Assembly (NCBI RefSeq): GCF_006345805.1
Contig: NC_043013.1
Coordinates: 51,336,001-51,400,000 of the forward strand
Origin: Octopus sinensis
Lineage: Eukaryota
Direction of reading: 5' to 3'
Length of the DNA: 64,000 bases
Position 1 is the stretch's first letter. The number at the start of each line of letters is the position of its first letter. The notes beneath the pieces were generated by a model. That model saw nothing but the letters and a program-made list of their open reading frames with translations. It made no database searches and was not told where the DNA came from. This document shows positions 55,823 to 64,000 of the stretch, in pieces. The position numbers were made by a program, and so were the translations under genes.

Positions 55823-56684
55823 TCTTTATATATATAAAATTTGAGAATATGTGTCTGTCTGTCTGTGTGTTTCCCTAAAACTTGAGAACTACACAACCAC
55901 TTTCATTCAAATTTTACACATGCCTTACGTAGGGTCCGGGGAGTGTCATCGGCAAAAATTAACTTTTTGCCTAGGGCGAGCGCACAGCAATATCATATCT
56001 TCTCCACTACGATTCCCTAAAACTTGAGAATTACTCAACCAATTTCATTCAAATTTTACACATGCCTTACTTAGGGTCCATGTAGTTTCATGGGCAAAAA
56101 AAAAAGTTCTTGCCTAGAGCGAGCCCATAGCAATATCATATCTTCTCCACTATTTCAGTATTACGTGTTAAAAGTGAAACCAAAATATTTCTCTATTTTA
56201 TGTCAGATGCTTTCACTTTAACAATAAAAAAATAATAACAATTGAATTATATGTAGTAAGAAATAATTAAAATCAAACTAAAGTATAATATAATCGTAAC
56301 ATACAAAATTAAAAATAGCAATTGGTATAAAATTGCATCAATGATTTGGACTTGAATAAGGGGTTTCACATGAATGGGAATAAATTAAAAATATAATTAG
56401 CGTGCAGAAATGGAATAGTCCAGATGGATAATAAAAAATTAAATTAAAGAAAAGACTATTGTCTATAAAGTATACAATGTAGAGAAAAAGAAGAGGTAAC
56501 AATTCCAGTTTATTATATATTTTGAGTATTGTTATCACTAGCGATATCAAGATATAACTTTGTATTTTGCATTTAATGTGTAGATGTATATATATAGATG
56601 TACATGTAATATGTACACCTATATATAAACACATATATACATGCAGTAGCACTATGACCCGGCAACGACGGGTCTTTAATGCTA

Positions 56685-56685
<1 letters not shown>
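55823..56685 (+). mobile_element. Non-autonomous Helitron
   Basis: A|TC 5' end (TCTTTATATATATAAA), 3' hairpin GACCCG..CGGGTC then CTAG|T; internal ~142 bp tandem duplication starting 55871 and 56013. Confidence 0.8.
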
Positions 56686-56723
<38 letters not shown>

Positions 56724-56997
56724 ATATAAAATATTAATTAATCATCAATAGATTCATGATTTCCTAAATGTGGTCAAAATGCTGCATGCATTATTATTGA
56801 ATAATTTTAATTCCCATTTCATTCATTTTCTCTCCTATTCAGTCTTCTTAGTGGATCCGTATTCAATTAAGCATCCAGTCATGTTCATGTTTCTAGTGCT
56901 TGCAAAGTTAAGTATTTACATAAACTTACATAAATTTACATCTAGATTCAGCTGTCTATCTGTATTTCTAGATGCCTGCCTGCCCGTCTGTCCGTCG

Positions 56998-57062
<65 letters not shown>

Positions 57063-57161
57063 TTATCTGCCAGCCAGTCCGTCTCCCAGAGCAAATTTCA
57101 CTATTAATATATGCATCTACATGTGCGACAAAATTATCTATCACATATATGTAAATATGCA

Positions 57162-57198
<37 letters not shown>

Positions 57199-57499
57199 GC
57201 ATGCATGTATGTATGTATGTATGTATGTATGTATGTACGTATGTATTTATATATATATATATATATATATACATATATACAACAACAAATTGAGGAACGG
57301 CCATAATAGGCCGTTCGACCCACTAGAAAAAGCAGCCAGGGCTTCAACCGCAAATAGTAGTAATTCCGTAAACAGAGGAAAATTAAAAAACATTTACCCT
57401 GTTCATCTTTAGACAATGCATTGTTTCAGCGTTTTTTAATGGTAAACCAGCCTGATTAAATTAAATCAAGTCAATCTTCCAAAGGCCAACGCAAGGCTC

Positions 57500-57600
57500 C
57501 TTTACTGATGAATTGCGTTGGCCTTTGGAAGATTGACTTGATTTAATTTAATCAGGCGGGTTTACCATTAAAAAACGCTGAAACAATGCATTGTCTAAAG
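57500..57600 (+). ncRNA. Type I hammerhead ribozyme
   Basis: cttta CTGATGA attgcgtt..aacgct GAAA caa tgca ttg TC taaag. Confidence 0.75.
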
Positions 57601-57977
57601 ATGAACAGGGTAAATGTTTTTTAATTTTCCTCTGTTTACGGAATTACTACTATTTGCGGTTGAAGCCCTGGCTGCTTTTTCTAGTCGGTCGAACGGCCTA
57701 TTATGGCCGTTCCTCAATTTGTTGTTGAATTTATTAATAGTCTCTGACTATTTCCTTTTTCTCACTAGACCGCTGGTGGCAAAATAATTTCTACTGAATT
57801 TTTTGCTACCCTAATATTGATTAATTGATAATTTTCTGTTTAATTCCGAAATGGAATCGGCAGCTTATATTTGCTGCCGATAAATTGGCGCGAGTACGAT
57901 GATTTTGAAAATTTTAGGTCAGATATTGCCGAGGCATTAAGGTAGCTGCCTCGTGTAATTTCTCTCCCTCCTGGCTC

Positions 57978-58078
57978 CTTTACTGATGAATTCCGTTGGC
58001 CTTTGGAAGATTGACTTGATTTAATTTAATCAGGCTGGTTTACCATTAAAAAACGCTGAAACAATGCATTGTCTAAAG
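57978..58078 (+). ncRNA. Type I hammerhead ribozyme (second tandem copy)
   Basis: Same as 57500-57600 with two substitutions. Confidence 0.7.
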
Positions 58079-58293
58079 ATGAACAGGGCAGTTGAAAGGG
58101 CAGTTGAAGCCGAAACCACGAATAAATGGAATTTCAAAGGGAAAGAAAATAAAAAACATTTTTGTAGTTACCATCAATTTTGCTGCTGAATCTAACTGCG
58201 CTTGCGCGGTGGATTCGAAAATTATGATGTATAAGTATGTAGCACGTATGTTTTCGGTGCTATTTGCTGCATAAATATGCATTAATTTTAGCG

Positions 58294-58364
58294 ACCTCAC
58301 TGATGAAGTACGGATGGCAAATTAATCTGTTCGCATATTGGTACGGAAACTCGAGTTTGAAGGT
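58294..58364 (+). ncRNA. Hammerhead motif in a separate PLE-like 3' fragment (about 58090-58500)
   Basis: acctca CTGATGA a gtac..gtac g GAAA ctcgag TT tgaaggt. Confidence 0.6.
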
Positions 58365-58569
58365 TACTACAAAAATATTTTATATTTTCATTCCCTTTGA
58401 AAATTGCTTTTACTCGTTGTTTAGGCTTTGATTGCTCTTTTTAGCATGTAAAGTACCCCGTCAAAGGTCACCTCTTTCGTGTTTAAATACTGAGATTATG
58501 TATACACTATTATATACGAAAATATGTTGTCTATTGACTTTATTACGCATGCCCTTCTTATTTTCACAG

Positions 58570-58977
58570 TTGTAGCTGTGTGGTAATTACCTTGCATACC
58601 AACCACACGGTTCCAGGTTTAGTCCCACTGCGTGGCACCTTTGTCGACTGTCTTCCACTATAGCCTCGGACCGACCAAAGCCTTGTGATTGGATTTGGTA
58701 ACCGGAAACTGAAAATCCGTCGTATGTATGTATATTCCTTTGGAATAAAACCATGTTGTCTTCGAAACATATGTCGAAAGTAAAAGAATTTTAATAACAT
58801 CTTCGTTCAACTCCATTTATTTACTTATAATACACAAATTACTGCACATTAACCCGGAGTTTCTACCTTTGAATAGGTCGCTTCATCCGTGTTACTTGCG
58901 GGAAGTTTGCTACCTTGGTAACTGTTTATTGAAATTTCCAGGCTAACGGTAAACAAAGGATAAGTCATTCATCCATT

Positions 58978-59040
<63 letters not shown>

Positions 59041-59260
59041 CTGTGTATATGTTTCTGTGTGTGTTTTTGTCCCTCCAACATCGCTTGAGAACCGACGCTG
59101 GCGTGTTTACCTTCCCGTAACTTAGCGGTTCGCCTAAAAGACCGACAGAATAAGTACTATGCTTACAAAGAATAAGTCCTGGGGTCGATTTGTTCGACTA
59201 AAGGCAGTGCTCCAGCATGGCCGCAGTCAAATGACTGAAACAAGTAAAAGAATAAAAGAA
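58570..59260 (+). mobile_element. SINE family C, head and tail separated by an insertion and (TA)n
   Basis: Head 58570-58735 and tail 59060-59260 ending GCTCCAGCATGGCCGCAGTCAAATGACTGAAACAAGTAAAAG. Confidence 0.8.
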
Positions 59261-59596
59261 TATATATATATATATATACATACACGCACCCTCACACATA
59301 CAGACATGCATATATATAAACGTATGTACGTATATATATACGCACACGCACATACACAGAGACATGTATATATATTTATACATATATATGTTTGTGTGTG
59401 TCGTGTATGTATGTATGTATATATATACACGTCCAGATCACCAGCCCTCTTTCACACGCACATACATACTCTCTTATACACACACGCACATTTGTGTTGG
59501 GGGCACCTTTGTGTTAGCAGTCATCTCTACCTTGTTATCTCCCCTACTTTCCCCTCTCCTGTCTGACCCTTCTGTCCGGCACTAGTCGCCATGATA

Positions 59597-59772
59597 GATC
59601 GTTAGACACTACACACATTTTTTCTCTCCTTGTTTTTTTATGTGTCTCTTTCTGTAGAAGAGCGTAGGCTCGAAACGTAAAAGACTTTTTCTATTCCTGA
59701 GCGTTATACTAATACATCTGTTTGTTTTGTACAACACCTGTCTTCGTTTCTTGCTTTTTTCGTAAACTTTCC
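59597..59772 (+). mobile_element. Short repeat with minimal hammerhead-like motif (59647-59684)
   Basis: tcttt CTGTAGA a gagc gtag gctc GAAA cg TA aaaga. Confidence 0.65.
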
Positions 59773-60295
59773 ATATATATATATATAAACATACGTACAC
59801 ATACATGTACATACATATGCGATGGACTTACAAAAGTCGATCACGTCTGCTCACTGGGCAAATATTTGCCGGCTTCGTGGCTAGAGTAGAAGCCATTCGC
59901 TGAAAGTGCTGTACAGTGGATGCGAACTTCCAGCTACCTGATTACAAAGTGACCCTCTTAACCACACAATCATGCATGAATGTTAAATCCTTATATTCTG
60001 TGTCACATTGCCCCTGTTCGTGGTGCGAAATCCACTAACAATGATGTACAAACGGAAACGACTATGGAATAAAAATAATTTCGCTGAATAATCGCCTTAG
60101 ATAAAGGTTTAACCAACGGGATTTTGATGAATCTGCACTTGCAGAGAGTTCAAGCTGTTTAGTAATACCATTGTGTTCATATTTGCTAAATTCGAAAACG
60201 CTTTGCACTCCGGTTTCCAGCTTTGAGAAAATACACCCAGGAAACAGCAACTAATCGATATCCGCATACAGTCGTATTCTATGGAAGCAGTAATA

Positions 60296-60340
<45 letters not shown>

Positions 60341-60344
60341 TACA

Positions 60345-60799
60345 GGCTTCTGATCTTAACTGATTGCAAGTGTTATCATGTACATTGTTTTGTCTTGGTA
60401 TAAAAGATGGCTTACGCAAATATTCTGCTCAATACCACAGATTTGCTTGTCAGTTGTTTGACCTTAACCAGTTGAGCATGTCCCTTAGTGGCTGACGATA
60501 AGTGCATCTCTGATCACGAGCAGAAGTAGTGGGGGAGCATCATAGCCATGTTTTAAGAGGGATTTTTTGGGGTTGAATAATTCACCTCTGGAAACATGGG
60601 TGGTTCTTTCAACATCCTTAAACAAACCTTATTCAGGGACCTTTTGAGCGAAATCGGCTACCCGACCAGAAGAAAATTCTAACTGGGCCCCACCTGCAAG
60701 GTCATGTGCTGTTATCAGACGGGTAGTCATGATGGGTATATTGGGCTTCGTATATTTTACCCCAGTGTCACTTTGATGGCATGAACTGCTCTCTCACTC
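60345..60799 (+). mobile_element. Family B repeat in (TAA)n, 5'-truncated with small internal deletion
   Basis: Matches 47574-48093. Confidence 0.85.
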
Positions 60800-60818
60800 A
60801 ATAATAATAATAATAATG

Positions 60819-60881
<63 letters not shown>

Positions 60882-60954
60882 TAGCATAGTCAAATTTTAG
60901 AAATTTCGCTATCAGTGGCCTAGCATGTATAAAAAGTCAATGGACAGCATATTC

Positions 60955-61159
60955 ACCATATAAAATTAGTGGACATTTAAAGACAAAAGAAGCTACCCTT
61001 AACAGGCACCTTTACATGCTAAAAGGAGCAGTCAAAACGTCCAAAACCACATTTAAGAGCAATTTCGAAGGAAATGACAAACAAAATCTTTTTACCTTGG
61101 TCGCCTCTGTTAAGGGTCGCCTCTTTTGTGTTTAAAAGTACACTAATTTTATAAGTGGT

Positions 61160-61160
<1 letters not shown>
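60955..61160. repeat. Degenerate inverted repeat (~50 bp arms)
   Basis: TATAAAATTAGTGGACATTTAAAGACAAAAGA..ACCCTTAACAG / CTGTTAAGGGT..TCTTTTGTGTTTAAAAGTACACTAATTTTATA. Confidence 0.7.
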
Positions 61161-61220
<60 letters not shown>

Positions 61221-61977
61221 TGTGTGTGTGTGTGTGTGTGTATGTGTGTGTGTGTATGTGTGTGTGTGTTTGTGTATGTATGTATATATATATAAAAATA
61301 TATATATATACAAGAAAAAAGCAACAAGAATTAGTTGTTCAGTACAATTGTTTCATACGAAGAACAGCTTTATTAAAAGCTGCAAATATTGCAGCAAATA
61401 CAAATGTCCCGTATTCATCAGCCAAAACACATATGAGTTTTCCAAACATCCTAGGGGGTGAGGCTACACTCATGAAGTATCGAAGAGAGTTCTATGAAAA
61501 GCAAAGTTAGATCGTAAGCAGACTTAAAACGTTTTCTAATGATGCACAGTTTTATAAAAGGTTTTTAAAAAAGATTGTTAGCTTCACAGAAAAGGTAAAT
61601 CCATCCATAATAATGCAGGTGTAATTTCCGGAGGTATGAGGAGAGATTTTATTCTCAGAGAAGATGAGAATAAAATCTCAATTTCGGCATATCAACTTCT
61701 AAGAGCTGAGGGAGTTGAACATTTACATATACGCGGCGAACATATTTCATTGGACTTATACAATACACAGATCGATACTTCTTTGTACGTCTTTTTATAG
61801 CACATTCCGCAAATGTATTTCAATGCATACGTATATATGTGTTCGTTTGTGAGTGTGTGTGTGTGAGTGTGTGTGTGTGTGTGTGTCCGTGTGTGTATGA
61901 GCATAAACACACTTGTACCATGTCTATACCAGCGTCCACATATACACTAGGACACACACATATCCATGCATACATGA

Positions 61978-62010
<33 letters not shown>

Positions 62011-62013
<3 letters not shown>

Positions 62014-62830
62014 TCAAAGAGTTATAGCTATTTCTTCTACTAAAAAGGGAGATCTCAGTAAAAACAGCAATTGGAAGGCAGACACAAACAGGTAAGAGAG
62101 AATGAATTGACGGCAATCTATCATACAATTTTAAGTTATCTACGGACGTACGTTTCGAAATCAAGTTTTTAGGAAAGCATAAGAATTAAATATTAAATAA
62201 TTCTATCTCACCAAAACTTCTTTTCTCTTCAGCGTAGAATACTACGGATAACCATATTTTATCTCAGTAGATGACCACAGCATCTTGTTTTGGCTACACG
62301 CGGGTGGGAAGGGGCTGGTGACACAATCTTCTCATTCACACATTGAGTTTGGTGATACTAGTTGCGGATTCTAGCTCGCTCTGATACTGAGTTGAGTTGG
62401 TGCCTTCTAGTATCTCAAAATTCAATATATAATCATTTATGATTATAGTATTCTACGCTGAAGAGAAAAGAAGTTTTGGTGAGATAGAATTATTTAATAT
62501 TTAATTCTTATGCTTTCCTAAAAACTTGATTTCGAAACGTACGTCCGTAGATAACTTAAAATTGTATGATAGATTGCCGTCAATTCATTCTCTCTTACCT
62601 GTTTGTGTCTGCCTTCCAATTGCTGTTTTTACTGAGATCTCCCTTTTTAGTAGAAGAAATAGCTATACTCTTCGACTGCTATTTCTAAATTCGGTATGTG
62701 GTAAGGCAATTCGTTGCTAAACCCTTTATTGCTTAGTATTACTTAAATTTTCCTCGAATGAGGCTTTTACATGCCGAAGACTACTTGGTGTAATTGATAA
62801 TTATTCCAAATTAATTAATTTCACCCTTCA
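62011..62830 (+). mobile_element. HHR fold-back element of a second family
   Basis: ~233 bp arms 62011-62244 and 62446-62678, ~200 bp spacer, (TA)n flanks. Confidence 0.9.
62452..62551 (+). ncRNA. Type I hammerhead, canonical core (mirror copy 62139-62238 on minus strand)
   Basis: tctacg CTGAAGA gaaa..tttc GAAA cgtacg TC cgtaga; predicted cleavage after 62545. Confidence 0.8.
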
Positions 62831-62851
62831 TTATTACGGATATATATATAT

Positions 62852-63158
<307 letters not shown>

Positions 63159-63231
63159 ATATATATATAATATATATATATACGCACAGACATACACACA
63201 CATATATATATATTTATACACACACACACGC

Positions 63232-63265
<34 letters not shown>

Positions 63266-63593
63266 TTGTAGATATGTGTGTGTCAGTTCGCGCTGATACG
63301 TGTAGGTGTGCATTTGTGTGCGTACGTGTGTGATTGCGCGTGTATATGTGTGTGTGTGTGTGGCGGGGTATTGGTGTGTGTCCGTGTATATGAACACATG
63401 TGCGACTATTATTTTCAGTTGTACTTTTATCCTGTGATATAATTGCAAATATATACATAATTTCCAGTCGATATCCACCCAACATCTGCTTAAAAAACAA
63501 ACCCGTGCATGTATACGATTATGCATAAAAAACGATATGTGCCTAAGTATGAGTATCTGTTCATGTGCATACAGAAATATATATGTATACACA

Positions 63594-63649
<56 letters not shown>

Positions 63650-63683
63650 CCACACACACACAATCACACACACATATATAAAT

Positions 63684-63932
63684 TGAGGCGCAATGGCCCA
63701 GTGGTTAAGGCAGCGGACTCGCAGGTAGTAGGATCGCTGTTTCGATTCCCAGACCGGGTGCTGTGAGTGTTTATTGAGTGAAAACAACTAAAGCTCCTCG
63801 AGGCTACGGTTGTGAACCCTGCTGTACTCTTTCACTGTGGAGTGCTCAGCCACTTGCACGTTAATTTCACGAGTAGGCTGTTCCACTAATCGGATCAACT
63901 GGAACACTCGTCATTGTAACCGACGGAGTACC
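63684..63932 (+). mobile_element. tRNA-derived SINE family E
   Basis: GAGGCGCAATGGCCCAGTGGTTAAGG (A box) ... GTTTCGATTCCC (B box) followed by a non-tRNA body. Confidence 0.8.
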
Positions 63933-64000
63933 ACGAAAGGATATATATATATATACATATATATATAATTCTGTATTCTCGCCTTCTTTCAAATTCATGA

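Larger units (their letters stand above)
57280..58089 (+). mobile_element. HHR fold-back/tandem element, copy 3 (478 bp period)
   Basis: Inverted arm 57280-57494; forward 57495-58089 containing two hammerheads 478 bp apart. Confidence 0.9.

Noticed and set aside
61330-61500. Possible minus-strand exon after TTTTCATAG (NSLRYFMSVASPPRMFGKLICV...)
   Set aside because: No homology recognised and no partner exons
63684-63760. tRNA gene
   Set aside because: A and B boxes are present but the cloverleaf is broken and it continues into a repeat body: a SINE head

Overview
AT-rich, microsatellite-saturated eukaryotic DNA made almost entirely of interspersed repeats. The repeat repertoire resembles an octopus/cephalopod genome (inference). 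No host protein-coding gene, rRNA, true tRNA gene or CRISPR array could be supported; most listed ORFs are translations of (TA)n, (CA)n, (TAA)n or (TATC)n. Recognisable elements: a Penelope-like GIY-YIG remnant, a CR1/L2-type RT remnant, an RTE 3' end, five R4/Dong-like RLE-LINE fragments next to TAA repeats, two Tc1/mariner relics, MITEs, a non-autonomous Helitron and several tRNA-derived SINE families. The most striking signal is more than a dozen type I hammerhead-ribozyme (HHR) motifs, folded by eye, mostly in non-coding fold-back elements sitting in (TA)n. One family, present three times (about 42.9, 45.8 and 57.3 kb), has a 478-488 bp tandem monomer, an inverted head and covarying HHR stems, which suggests a retrozyme-like or non-autonomous Penelope system. 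The HHR cores include C3-G8, G3-C8 and U3-A8 variants that all preserve the tertiary 3-8 pair. Ribozyme activity and novelty are untested.
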